Notes: generated by a model from the letters alone, not told the origin. A stretch of 64,000 bases of DNA from Calcarisporiella thermophila CBS 279.70 (GCF_041956535.1 NW_027192212.1:388970-452969); one strand, 5' to 3'. Numbered from the stretch's first letter, positions 12,411 through 25,066 are shown. Numbers and translations are program-made.

Positions 12411-13995
12411 ATGCATCGCGGTAGATTTAACCCAAACGTGAGTGGTTCAGGCATCAATGGTCGCATGGATAGCCCCAAATCGGTTACAGTGGTGGCCAGT
12501 GAGCCGCGAACTGGTCAATCCCATGAGCTCTCCTATACCGTCATCAAGGTCATCGGGAGTGGATCATTTGGCACGGTATATTATGCCAAGCTATCCAATA
12601 CGGGAGAGGAAGTGGCGATTAAGAAAGTGTTCCAGGATAAGCGGTTCAAGGTATAGTGGATTTTCGTATGGATCATGGCGGGTTTTTGGAATAGGAGTTA
12701 ACGGAGTGTCTGGTGTTGGGCTTTAGAATCGCGAGCTTCAAATAATGCAAGTTCTTTCTCATACTAACATCACTTCATTAAAGTATTACTTTTACACAAA
12801 TGGAGACAAAGTAATTGCCTTGAATATGGGCCTCGTGATGGAGCTGGGAAATACTAATATAGACCATTCTGTTATTAGGGCGACGTATACCTTAACCTAG
12901 TACTTCAGTACGTGCCGCAGACCGTCTACCGTGCAAGTCGTGATTATGCAAAGATAAAGCAGCCAATGCCTATGATTTTTATCAAGCTCTACACCTATCA
13001 AATGCTACGTTCCCTGGCCTACATCCATGCCATGGGCATATGCCACCGCGACATCAAACCGCAGAATCTCCTGGTGAATCCCGCGACCGGGGTGCTCAAG
13101 CTGTGTGATTTTGGAAGGTAAAGTTGGTCAAATAGCTATTCGGTGGTTTCTCCTGTACTTAGTGTTTCCTCTCTCCCCCTTATCTTTTCTCTTCCGCTTC
13201 GCCTAGTGCTAAGGTCCTTGTTCCTGGTGAACCTAATGTCTCCTATATCTGCTCGCGTTACTATCGGGCGCCAGAGTTGATTTTTGGCGCGACCAATTAT
13301 ACCACCAGCATTGACCTATGGTCGGCAGGGTGTGTCATGGCGGAATTGATGCTCGGTCAACCGATCTTCCCTGGAGAAAGCGGTATCGACCAGCTCGTGG
13401 AGATCATTAAGGTGTTGGGAACCCCAACCAAGGAGCAAATTCGCACGATGAATCCAAACTATATGGAGCATCGTTTTCCGCAGATTAAACCCCATCCACT
13501 TAGCAAAGTAAGCGCTTCTATCCATGCTTGTTTCGTGGCTTTAGGTTTTCTAATCTTTCATTCGTGACCACTTCACCTCCTCTCTCCCCACTTCCCCTTC
13601 CACTTTAGATCTTCCGCAGTCGAACTCCTCCCGAAGCCATGGATCTGCTCTCCAATCTTTTGATCTACACTCCTCAACAGCGCTTGACCGCCATCGAAGC
13701 AATGTGCCATTCATTTTTTGATGAGCTACGTCAGCCAGAGACAAGACTGCCTAATGGGGCAGAATTACCACTCCTGTTTGATTTTTCAGAATTCGGTACG
13801 TCATCTCTATTGCTTCATTGCACGAAGAGAAATTTGAGTTAACCGGGCTTTTGTTGTCTAGAATTATCGATCCGACCCGACCTAATACACCGGTTGGTGC
13901 CTCCACATGCACAACCGGCGTTATTGGCCCGTGGAATTGATGTGAATCGATTCACTCCATTGTCGATCAATCAAATGGACCGAATGGAAACATAG
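12411..13995 (+). CDS. GSK3: Glycogen synthase kinase-3 family kinase, 6 coding exons
   Basis: Exons 12411-12650, 12727-12810, 12879-13117, 13207-13507, 13609-13795, 13862-13995. Motifs [58 protein letters not shown]. Probable 5' UTR intron 12022-12406. Confidence 0.96.
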
Positions 13996-14448
13996 CGTGT
14001 TGTAAATAGGCCCTTTTTTTTCACTCGCTCTCTCGTGCTTTCCCTCCACGGTGCCTTCTTCGCTCAACATGTCAGTATTTGCTTCAGCACTATACCACGG
14101 AGGGGATGGATTTGCTGTGCAATAGCCGTACTGACGGAGATAATATAGCGAGGGTCGGACGGCATTCGGCAGATATGGAGTAGCTTTTTCGACTTGTAGG
14201 CGGCTGCCGCCGAATGTAAAAAGGGTGTTTACCGTCTCCATGGATCCTGGCCCATCTTGTATTTTGTATTATACTTATTAGAGTAATGAATAGTGGAATA
14301 AGACTTTTATTTTTCTTTTTTTTTTTTGGCTGTTTTGTTTCCTCTGGGGATGCTGGGATCGTTGAAGGAGAAAATGAAACATTAAGAGTACTAAAAAATG
14401 CAAATCCACATACACTAAAACACATGAATATGTTACATGCTGTCTATA

Positions 14449-15090
14449 TCATCGGTTTCTTCCCGCAAAACTGGATCGCCTACTATCATACTTGTGGTAG
14501 TCCCCCCCGCCCTTTCCCGTCATCAGGGAGGAGGCTGGCATCAGCGCGATATCCAGATAGTCGCCGGCCAAAAACTTCAGGTCCCCCAGGGTCTTTTTGC
14601 CCTCTTCCGGGTGGCGATTCTCGGCCGAAAACTGGGCGAGATTTCGTGCCGTGTGCCGTCCCGTAACATGATCCTGATACACGTGCAGAAATGACAGAGT
14701 GATTCCTGGCCGATTCATCTCCGGGAGGATATTCCGAACCAGTCCAAGAATTTCTTCCAGCGTGGCATCCTTCCAAGTGTAGATTCGCAATTCATCCGAA
14801 GCAGGTAGGCGCATGGAGTCGAAATCCTCGATACGGTGATGACTACCGATGCGAAAAAATATACATAGTAAGAAGGGGGTGATCTGTGCGGTGAAAAACA
14901 CGATTTGAGTTAGATCGGCTCGTATTTTTTGTTTTAGAGATCGTTTGTGGAATCCTGTCGAGGAGGGCTATTATCATTGAAAATACACCCCGCCTGATTG
15001 CGGGATGCATCTGGTGATCCATACCTTGGTTCTGTCTATCTTGACTAGTTCTTTTTCAGCACGCGCTTGATTTGACACCCCCGCCGACAT
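14449..15090 (-). CDS. SAP18: Sin3-associated polypeptide 18 (HDAC/ASAP complex)
   Basis: Exons 15090-15025 and 14883-14449. Motifs IDRTK|ITPFLL..F, HH..EDF, ELRIYTWKDATLEE, KTLGDLKFLAGDYLDIA. Confidence 0.92.
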
Positions 15091-15132
15091 TTTCTTGTTT
15101 TTCAGTTTAAGTCCTAGGCTGGTTCTTTCAAA

Positions 15133-15176
15133 GAGCTGAGTTGATTCAGCTCAACTCGAGGCATCAAATGACGTCA
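15133..15176. promoter_or_regulatory. Near-palindrome plus CRE/ATF site in the SAP18-cyclase divergent promoter
   Basis: GAGCTGAGTTGA-T-TCAGCTCAACTC (15133-15157) and a perfect TGACGTCA (15169-15176), both in the 430-bp head-to-head intergenic region. Confidence 0.4.
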
Positions 15177-15520
15177 AAGGTGGCTTCCCAACCTTAACCT
15201 TCGGGCATGTCAGTGTGGGGAACTGGAAGAAAATAAAGGTCCAACGGTCTCTCCTCGTCGCCTTGAAACTTTCCCTTTCCCCCCTCCTCCCCTACTCTTC
15301 TCATGGCTTCATTCCACCCTGATCCTCAAAACTAAATTCTCTCAAGCATACCTGTAATTCGCCTGGATACTGATCGCTCTGGACTGGATAGCGTATACTT
15401 ATTTTTGGTTTTTGCTTTGGCTTTTGCTTCCCGCTCAAAGCCTTTCTCGCCATTTACAACGTCGCAGAGCCGTTGATTCCCCCCTTCCCTCTCTCCCTCC
15501 CCCTCCCCCTCCCGCCCCCG

Positions 15521-18500
15521 ATGCCCAGCAACGAAATCGTGCCTGCATTCAACCAAAGGATCATCGCCCCCTATGTATCCAAATTCGTGCGTCAGCTGCA
15601 TGCTGACGACGAATCTATCTCTGTTCCTTATAGCCAGAAGGTGTTTGGAGCTCTGGTAATGGTGGATATAGTCGGTAAGAGATCAATGCACTTCCTCCTT
15701 GAACCCTTCCCCTCGCCTTGGTCTTTTGTGTTCATGTATTAACGTTCTCTGATCTAATGCTAATGTGATCCATGAATAGGGTTCAGTAAGGTAGGAGAGA
15801 GACGCGAATTAGTTCCGGTGCATCGGACATGGTTTTCATTGTTTTATTCTGTATAGATGACAAGCGTTGCAAATGAGCTCGGCCCATTGGGAGCAGAAAT
15901 TATAAGCACCGAGGTTGGGGAGTATTACTCAGAGGTAATTGGGGTGTTTTGATATTGCCTTCGAAATGGTGATTTTAATTTGACCCCGAACCTTGATTAG
16001 GCTATTCATATCATCGAAGCCTTTGGAGGAGATGTCGTCAAGGTAAGAGATTTGCCCACCCCCGCTCTACTTCTCGTTATTTACAATATATTGCTGCAGT
16101 TTCTCGGCGATGCTCTCCTTGTCTGCTTCTCCTCCACACTCTACGGAAATACCCCGGCCCGATTCGAGCTTGCGGATGATATAGAGCAGTCTGGTCCTGA
16201 TCGGCGGATGAAAATGGTGCTGGTAAGGCGTGCGATGGAATGCGGTATTCAGCTGCTCTCCCGCCTACGCAAACATACCATCAAGTTCTCTCCGAATCAG
16301 CGATATCGTCAACGAAAGCCGACATCGGATCTCCATTTCCACGACGTGGAGATCACGCCGCCCAGCACACCGCCTCTTGTTAACGGCCATTCTTTCCCGT
16401 CCCTGAACAAATCCCGCCTCAAATTGCTGGATTTTCGCCTTAGAGGACACGCCGACTCGAGCCTTAATCTATCCAAAGCCAAGGTGCGTCGGCGCACGGA
16501 AGTCAGTGAGCAGGAGTTCGAGCTACAGCTTCATGTTGCCGTTGCTGCGGGAGAAGTGACCCATGTCGTCATTGGTAATGTTGGCGACGAGTCTGTGCTG
16601 GGCGACCCTTCCCTTGTGTATGAGCGTTGTAGCGGCCGGCTGGAATACGCGATTTGTGGCGAAACCGTGGAGAGCCTCGGCCCGGCGCTAGCAATTGCTA
16701 AAGAAGGGGAGATGACCATGACGAAAGAGGCGTGGAAATACGCTGACCCTCACAATCTTGACCTGACCTATCAGACGCGCGACAACTGCGTCATTATTCG
16801 GCACCATCGCCAATGGCGTAATCGACCACTGGATCCGATCCTTCCGCGCGTTCGCCATGGGATCCAGCTTCCGGATGCAACCTCATATCAATTCTTCAAA
16901 TACATCAACAAGAGTGCATTATACCGACTCTGTTTGGGAGACGGAAACCCTGCGCATTTACGAGAAGTGACCATCCTGTTTATGGGCTTGCGGGGGGTGA
17001 ATGTTGCGGCGGGTCGAGGACAAGTTATTGCCCAAAAGAGTATCCAAATCCTATTTAAGGCCCTGGATAATTACGACGGTAAGCGGTTGAGTCCTAGAGC
17101 TGCTTGTTTCTTTTTGTCTTTGCACACACATTGCATTGACTGTTTTTTATCTATCAAATCGTGATACATTTTTTTAGGGTATTTGCAGCAGTTTGCAGTG
17201 GACGAAAAGGGTGCCACTTTCTTGGTGGTGTTTGGGTTTCCACCAAAATCCCACGAGAAGGACGCAACTTTTGCCACCAAAGCCGCGTTGGATATCCAGA
17301 ACGATATGCTTGAAGAGGGAATCGAGGATTTTTCGATCGCCCTCTCTACCGGAGTCATCTTTGTGGGAACAATGGGAAACGGTAAAAAGGTTGCTAATTT
17401 ATACTTGTATTGATGGTATTAACATACTCCTTTTCTCTGGGCTCGTTTCCATAGAATTCAGACGAGATCCCTCTATTGCAGGGGATGCAATCGTGCGGTG
17501 CGTACGCATGCTTGGCCTCGGCTGCAGTCAGCAATCGGTGGTGTGCGATGAGAGCACACGCAAAATGGTGGGCGCCTTGTGCGAGTTTGAAGACATGGGC
17601 GAGCGCATGCTCAAGGGAAAGAGCAAGCCGATACGAGTGTGGCGAGTGGTCCGTTTCCTTGCAACCATGGAGCGTCGCCTTTCCACCGAGAAAAGCGACT
17701 CCCTGCTCCCGCACAACCGCGAGTTCATCGGCTATCGCACAGAGATGGCTGCTGCTCGCGATTTTATTGATGGCTGGCTGGAGAAGAAGAACAACCACGT
17801 GTTGGTCCTGAGCGGGTCGACGGGCACGGGGAAAACTTACTTTGCGCAGCATATCAGGCGAACCTTGGAGGAGGCAGATCGTGGGATTGACTTCTGTGTG
17901 GGCCATGCTACTGAGGTGGAGCGCGGGACCAAGTACTACCTCTTCAGGGTGATTCTACTGCATCTGTTTGAGCTCATTGAGCAAAATCGCGTGCCGCCGA
18001 GGGCGATGAGGCGATCGCGGGGGCGCATTGGGGCGTTGGGGTCAGGTCAGGGGCCCGGGAGCGGAGGGGGATATGTGAGAGGGTCCGAGGAGGAGAGTGG
18101 AGAGGACTCGGACAGTTATCAGCTGTCACCTTCACTCTCCGCGCGGTCCTCTTCCGATCAGGAAGGCCGTTTTCCGGCCAGTCCTGTAGAGTGGTCCAAA
18201 AAACTTACCCGAGTTGCCCTATTCTCCCCCAACCCAGAGGTGTGCCGACGCACAGCCACCCTTGCCCTCAGCTGTTTGGCACGGTGCGGCGAGGATCTGA
18301 GCGTCCTGCCCCTGCTTCGGTTCGTTTTCCCCGACTTGTCCGTGGTGGAGGAGAGCCGACAGATTGCCAACTTGGATGCGCAGGGTCGAGACCTGGTATT
18401 GTCGTCGTTAATTGTGCGAATGGTAAAGTATGTGTCCGAGCATACGAATCTGATCATTTTGTGCGATGATATTCAGTGTAAGTTGCTTGCTTGTGTGTGT

Positions 18501-21025
18501 CGTGCCTGGTTTGGACGATGAATTTCAAATGATTTTCCTTCCATTTTTTTCCTCCCCTCTTTTGCAATATAGGGGCAGATTCAGCTTCCGTCAAGATGCT
18601 CGAAATGATCCACGAGAGCTGTCCTAAAGTGTTCTTATTGTTGGCTTCGAGGCCTGCGCGCGATTATCAGGTAACGCTGGTCGAAAGCATCTCAACCTCG
18701 GTTGGGCGGCACCTGGAGATCACGCTCAATGGACTTGGTCTGGGCGATATAGAACAGGTTGTCCTCCGAGAGTTTGGGCGCGGAGCTCACCAAGTCAACC
18801 GGACCATACTGGATCTGATCCAAAAACGTACCGGTGGCAATCCGCTGTTCATCAAGAACGTCGCACTGGTCCTTGGTCAGTTCAGCCATGTCACGGTATC
18901 TGGGGGGGAGCTCGTCTCCTCGAGCTCCCATCTGGACCTGGAACATATCGTCTCGGGACTCGACTACGATCGTGTGATCCGGATGCAGTTCGATCGTCTC
19001 CATCATCTCTTCCAAGAATTTCTGCGGGTGGCGAGCTGTCTCGATCAAACTTTCTCGGTGAGTGAGGTGCGGGCTGTGCTCGGAAGTAAGGGCAATCCGC
19101 TCGTGACGGACGACCCGGTCAAAATCCGCGAGCTCACCTCACAGTACGATGTGTATCGTTTTCTGAAGAGTCACGACTCCGATTCCGTCTCCAATTCCTC
19201 GTCGGAGGACTCGGACTCTGGGGTGGCCGCGCTTGCGGAGGAGACATATAGCTTTGTCCACGCAATGTACCCCTGCGTGATTTACGAGACGATTCCCTTC
19301 GAGACACGCCTACGATACCATGAGATGCTTGCGGGGTATTACGAGTCGCAGCTGTGCACGGGCAACCGTCCTCGCATGCTGACCAAGATCGCGCGCCACT
19401 ACGAGCAGACCGACATTGTGGCGAAGAAGCTGCATTACCTCGAAGAGTTGGGACATTACCACATACAGTCGTATTCTCTGCCAGAGGCCACCGAGGCCTT
19501 TGAGAAGATTGTCCGGTTGCTGGATCAAGACCCCGAGCTTGGGCGAGGCTACGACGCCGAGAAGCTGTCCGAGGTGTATCTCTCGCTTGGTGAATGCCTG
19601 TCGATGCGTACCAAGCTGATGGAGGCGGAAAGTCGACTGCTGAAGGCGTTGGAGATCATGGGCACTCCTTGGCCAAAAAATCGGTTCGAGTTCCAGGTGG
19701 CAATGTATCGGGAACGCCTTGTGCAGCGGCGCTATCGTCAGCGTCGCCCGCACCCCAAGCGCAACTCCATGTCTCAGGTTGCCCAGAATAACAAGCGCAG
19801 CGAGCGCCTGCGCAAACTAGTGCGGATCTTTGACCAACTCTACAATATCTATCACCATCTCGGCAAAGGCGACGAGACGGTGCTTAGCTGTGTGTGGGGG
19901 CTGAACTGCTGTGAGAAACTCGCTCAATACAACGAGACCCACGCGCTGTTTCTTGCCCGCCAAGCGCTCTACTGTTGGCTGAGCGACCGGCAGACGCTGA
20001 GCGCGTTCTATATCGGGCGTGCCCTGCGCATGACCAAAAAGTGCCCGGGCGCTTACACACTGACAGCCTGCGCCAACCTGTGCTTCGCAGCGGGATCGTG
20101 GCATACCGCGTGCGACCTCCTCTACTATTCGATCGAGGCGATGAAGACGATGGGGGTCGTGACCGATTGCCAGGCCTTCTACCGAGCCGTGCAGCTGCTA
20201 ATGGCAATTCGGATCTTTCAGGGCACGCTGTCGCGCCAGCCCGGAGACCAGGCCCTGCTCCGGGAGTTGGCCACCATGGGGCGAAACAACGACGACGTGG
20301 AGGCAGAGCTCTGGGTGGCTACTTTCCAGCTTGCCGATGCCATCATCACTCATCGCCTCAATGACTCGGAGCCGCTGGTCCTCCGACTCGAAGCGCAGCT
20401 GGCCCAGGAGAGAGGACTCAACCGCATAGCGTTGCACGGCGTGCTTGCCGCATACCATGCCCGGATGGGGCGTTTCAACATCACGCAGCGGCATTTCGTG
20501 CAGCTTGCCCAGCTCAAGGCCGAAATTGGGGGCTCGTCGAACACCTTCCCCATTTTTGGCCTCAACTTCTGCACCATTGCGCTCTACGACCTGGTGGAGG
20601 CGGGTGTCTTCGCCGCGCAGGCAACCGTGAAGCGCCACTTTTTCGACGAATTCGTCGGGTGGATCGTGAAGCTGAACCACATGTTCCAACAGGTCAAGTA
20701 TTGGCAGTTCACCCAGCCATGCCTGTACCTTGCCCGTGCGCTGCCTTATCTCTCGACCGGCCGCTTTGTGGAGGGCCATCTCGTGCTACACCATGGGCTG
20801 CGGGAGATGGACACCTCGCACGAAATCTTCTTTCTCAAGGCATACTATTTTGCAAAACTCGGCCGGTATACCACCTCCCAGTCGGAGCGCGAGGAATGGA
20901 CCGCACGTGCCAAGACGGAGTTCGAGAGACTGGGCATCGATAGCAACATCTACTGCGCGACCTTTGCCCCTCCCGCGGCGGAAATTAACGTGCCCGCCCC
21001 TAGCTCGCCCCCCTTCTTGTGGTAA
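15521..21025 (+). CDS. Soluble adenylyl cyclase (ADCY10/sAC)-like protein: two class III cyclase domains + STAND P-loop NTPase + TPR-like repeats, about 1647 aa
   Basis: Exons 15521-15674, 15780-15790, 15857-15934, 16001-16042, 16100-17078, 17178-17381, 17455-18477, 18573-21025 sum to 4944 nt in frame, all introns GT-AG. C1: VMVDIVGFSKMT, GGDVVKFLGDALL. C2: LREVTILF, DEKGATFLVVFGFP, STGVIFVG, LKGK. Walker A GSTGTGKT, Walker B LIILCDDIQWAD, GGNPLF. Confidence 0.9.
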
Positions 21026-21581
21026 TTACAATAGGAGACACCACCATCCATCCCATTCTGTGAAACCCTATGTTGTAATATTTTCGTGTTATATGCTTCC
21101 CTACTCATAAATTTAAAGTATTATTTTATTTAATAGAACCCCTTTCATTCTCTTTCTCCTATTTTTTTTTTTCAGTATTTGTATATGTATACCTCTTTGA
21201 TTGGTTTTGTATTTCCTCTACTCCCCATTGTTGCATTTTATATTCTCCTCTCCGCTCGTGTGCTTTTCTTTTCATTCACTTCCACTTCCGCTTATTTACT
21301 AAAATTGTTATTTCGATCGGTCGAATAGTCATCGCCGTGCTCTCCCCACTCATGGTCATATTGGGAAAGCGGTGTCCACCCAATGAAGTGCATCGGACGA
21401 AAAATGTTAGGAAAATTAAAGACATATTAATTCATTAGATTACTAGAATAAAATTAAAGGTGATAGTACGAGAGAAATAGGTTTATAAGCACAAGAAGAG
21501 AATGCGAAAAAATAAACAGTGTAAGAGAAAGAGAGAGGAAAAAAAAATGCAAAAATGTTCCTATGGCCATGTCCCTCGCCC

Positions 21582-24534
21582 CTATCGCCCCAAAGCTTCC
21601 TTAATCTTGATCCTGAAGTTGTTGAGCTCCGGGATCGAAGTCCTGTCGAATTGCCTTGAGATTTGCGACGAGACCCGCGGGACTATGTTGTCCACAACAA
21701 ATACAATATTCATCACAAGCGTCGAGGATTGATCCCGCGTTAGACTGCGTTGCGATCTGTCAGAGAGGAGGCGTTGCACATAGTTTTCCATCAAATTCTT
21801 TACGGTCGTCACGACCTTGTTATACAACTATGCATCAAAGGAGAGGAGGGAAGACGGGTTAAACAAGGCAATTGCTGGGAGAGAAAATGTGGGTGTGGGA
21901 GTTTACCCGAGGACGGCAGACGTAGCTCACTTCCTTGGCGAACTGGATGGCAATGTTGTAGAATTTGACCACGCTCGATGAAATTCTGATATCTTGCCCA
22001 AACGTTTGGGTTGACACCACCGAATAATCCTCCTTCACAAGGGCTTTTTCAACGCTCTCTACACTCCCCGCATATTGGATATCGATGACACGCTCAAGAT
22101 CTGCGAGGATCAGCTGCTCGAGGAGAAATATAAGGTCTAAACCGACAGACCTCAACTACCATAGTGATATGGAAGTCAACAACCATTATCCAAGTGACAT
22201 AGAGGTGGGATCACTCGACTACTTACCCTTGAGCATTCCTTTTCAGCTCGCTCAAGACATCTCTGAATAGTCCTTCCGCCCATATCGCCACTCGGAAGAA
22301 AAACTTGCTTTCGTAACACTACACAAAACCTCTCCACCTCCTCCTTCGCCCATTTGACAATCGGCGAGCTCATTTTCCCATCTCTGAAGAATTCTTTATA
22401 CCATTCACAAGTGGTTTTCATGAGAGAAAACGCCACCATGGCCATCTCCCCCACATAGTCCTCCACATCCCCCGTACACATCAGTTGTTTTACCCTCTGA
22501 CGGATATGCGAACTCCTAGCGGAGAGAAAAGTGTCACGAGCTTCATCGCCAAAGCCGAGCCGCAATAGCCAGACAATGGTGCTGCGAGCACGTTCACGGG
22601 AAAGCGAAAAGATAGAAAGTTGGCGGAGGATCTCACGAGAGAGACGGTGGGTAGGATCTTCGAGGGAGAGTCGGAGTTCTTCGAGTCCAGGCGATTTCGA
22701 GGGAATATTGCCCAGAAGTGTCTTAGCTGCAAGTAAAATACATGCCCAAAATTTCAGTTATTTTTTGGAGTAATTTTCACTAGCAATAACACATGGATAT
22801 TACCATGTTCGATCTGTCCCACTGCCGTCTCGAATTCGTGCTGCCCAATGGCAACTTCTAAATCATTAAGCATATCGAACCACTCAGTATCGTCTGTGGC
22901 GAGATTTCCAGAGGCCACTTTCTGCAGAAGAAAATCATCAATAGAGCTTAACTTTAATAAATAGTGAGGAAGAGCACCTTCTCCATAGATATTCTCGTTC
23001 CACGCGCGAATTTTGAGGTTGCTCTCCCTTCCATCAGGTCATCCGTCGTCCGTTTAACCATAACTAGCAAGCCTGCTTTCTCTTCCGGGCGTGTGGCCTG
23101 GTACAGAAGGGTGCTTTTTTTCCAAATTATTTTGAAAGCGTTCACTAGATCTGCGAAAGACAGGTAGGTAAATGGACTTTTGTCTTTTTTTTTTTAGCAA
23201 TAAATTTCCACTCACTTGAAGAATCCTTGATATCCTGCACCTCAATCTCACCAAGCGCCCAGCACTGTTCAGCCACCATCCGATATCTGGTTGTCTTTGC
23301 GTGCCTCTTTTTTCGTGCTGCTACAAGCAGACAGTCATTAAGTAAGATCATATGAACAGCCTGTTTAACTTGCAAAGTAACGGAGTGCAGCTCCAAAAAA
23401 TTCGGGCTCTCTCGGACAATATGACGGTCCGGATGATATGGCAGCAACTTTTGCGCTCCTTCAATTGTTTGCCACAGTGCAGCCATCTGTGCCTTCCAAA
23501 CCGAATGGATATCGGTCGTATTTTTAGTTTTCACTCCCGCTTGCTCGACAATACTCGATGGTCCTATAAATTTGATATCAGAAAACGCATACGTATTGCT
23601 TAGGTGGACGAAGATTACCAGACAACAGTGATGTTTGGTCGCTATCCTCCTTCAATGCGTCTGCGGTGCTTTTAATTTCGTCTAGCATGCTTCGTAACGT
23701 CAATAGATCGCTCTCCACACGTAAAAAAGGAAAAAGTAGAGTTAAAGATAATCGAACTGTATCCACCATAGCAGGTATCATATATGTTATAGGGGGAAAA
23801 TAAAAAAGGATATTTGAAATTTCTTTGGAAATCACTACGAATTCATTGTAGTTTTTATATACATTGCGCTGCAAGTCTCCGCCAATCAACTGTTTAGTGT
23901 CAGCAAGAGATTTGAAGAACTTCCTTACACCCTCCTCGCTAACGTCCCCAAGGGTTTTATGAATATCTATTAGAAAGGAATGTAAATACAAATGGTGGCT
24001 AAATTCAAGGTGGGTTATAGCCATACAGTCAACCGGATCGAAATGACGCGATATGAACTTATTCATATCTAACTTTGGCTCAACCGTTGGACGGGGAGGT
24101 GGAGGTTCAGCTTGAATGTGATCTCTTGCCATTGCCGCCTCTGCCACAGGTGCCCTCTCTCTCCTGGATGCATTCATAGACATTGCGGGAATAGGTGGAG
24201 GAGATTGATGTGGGGGCAACCCCTGGAATTTTGTGGTCGCATATGGTTGCGTTTGCAATGTGGATATCTGTTGATACTTTGCATTGTTCTTCGCGGGTGC
24301 ATCGAATTGCTTGTTGCCGTCCAATTGAGGAGAGTTGGAACCCGCTGCTTGTCTTAGTTTAGCCCACTTTTGACCGGCACGTTTGGCCGAAATTATAGCC
24401 GCTGGAGTGAAGTAGCGAGAGGACGAAGAGGTAGAATCGGGAGGAGGATGAGGCTCTGAAATAGTGGGAGGGGAGACTGGGGCGTCTAGAGGAAGACTTA
24501 TTTCGCGTGTCTTTTTTGTGCGATTTTGTGACAT
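21582..24534 (-). CDS. EXO84: Exocyst subunit Exo84, multi-exon
   Basis: GGDLQRNVYKNYNEFVVISKEIS (N-terminal domain), IEGAQKLLPYHPDRHIVRES..ILLNDCLLVA (PH domain), LRLGFGDEARDTFLSARS, VKWAKEEVERF, VGLDLIFLL. Internal exon boundaries not fully resolved. Confidence 0.9.
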
Positions 24535-25066
24535 TAATTGAAATGTTAATAGAGATCAATAAAGACTTGACCGATCCGACAAGCGCTGTAATAATACAAA
24601 TGTAGGTAGTGGATACTAATGGAATGTGAGAAAGAAAGTATATAGGATTAATAAGGATGCTATAGTAAAATTACGTGACTTAGATAAGGGTTAGTGGACT
24701 TTGATTTGTTTTTGTTGCGGCGAACTTGAACAAAGAGACTAACGTCACATCCAGAGTATTAATTAGAAGCCGAATTCTCAGTGTAAGACGAAAACGACGC
24801 CTTCTCTCTATCTGCTACTGAGAGGGGTATTTATGTTGAAGAATGGAGATATTATGACTCTAACTTCATAGCTATACACTTTTTTTCATAAATCCTAGTC
24901 CTATTTTATCGATCTCTAGTGCCATTCCTCCTAATTTAATCCTTATATCCGAGTGATAGCCCGCGTATCCAAAATTTATCCTGAACTGAAATTTTTTTAT
25001 GCGGCGCTTTCTTTCTTTCTTTTTATCATCTTGTAAAATTGATAATTTCGCTACTCTATATTACTA

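Noticed and set aside
19310-21110. Many antisense and alternate-frame ORFs over GC-rich exons (also over the MBP1, TIF35, LTE1 and O-FucT genes)
   Set aside because: Shadow ORFs expected from high GC3; no motifs.
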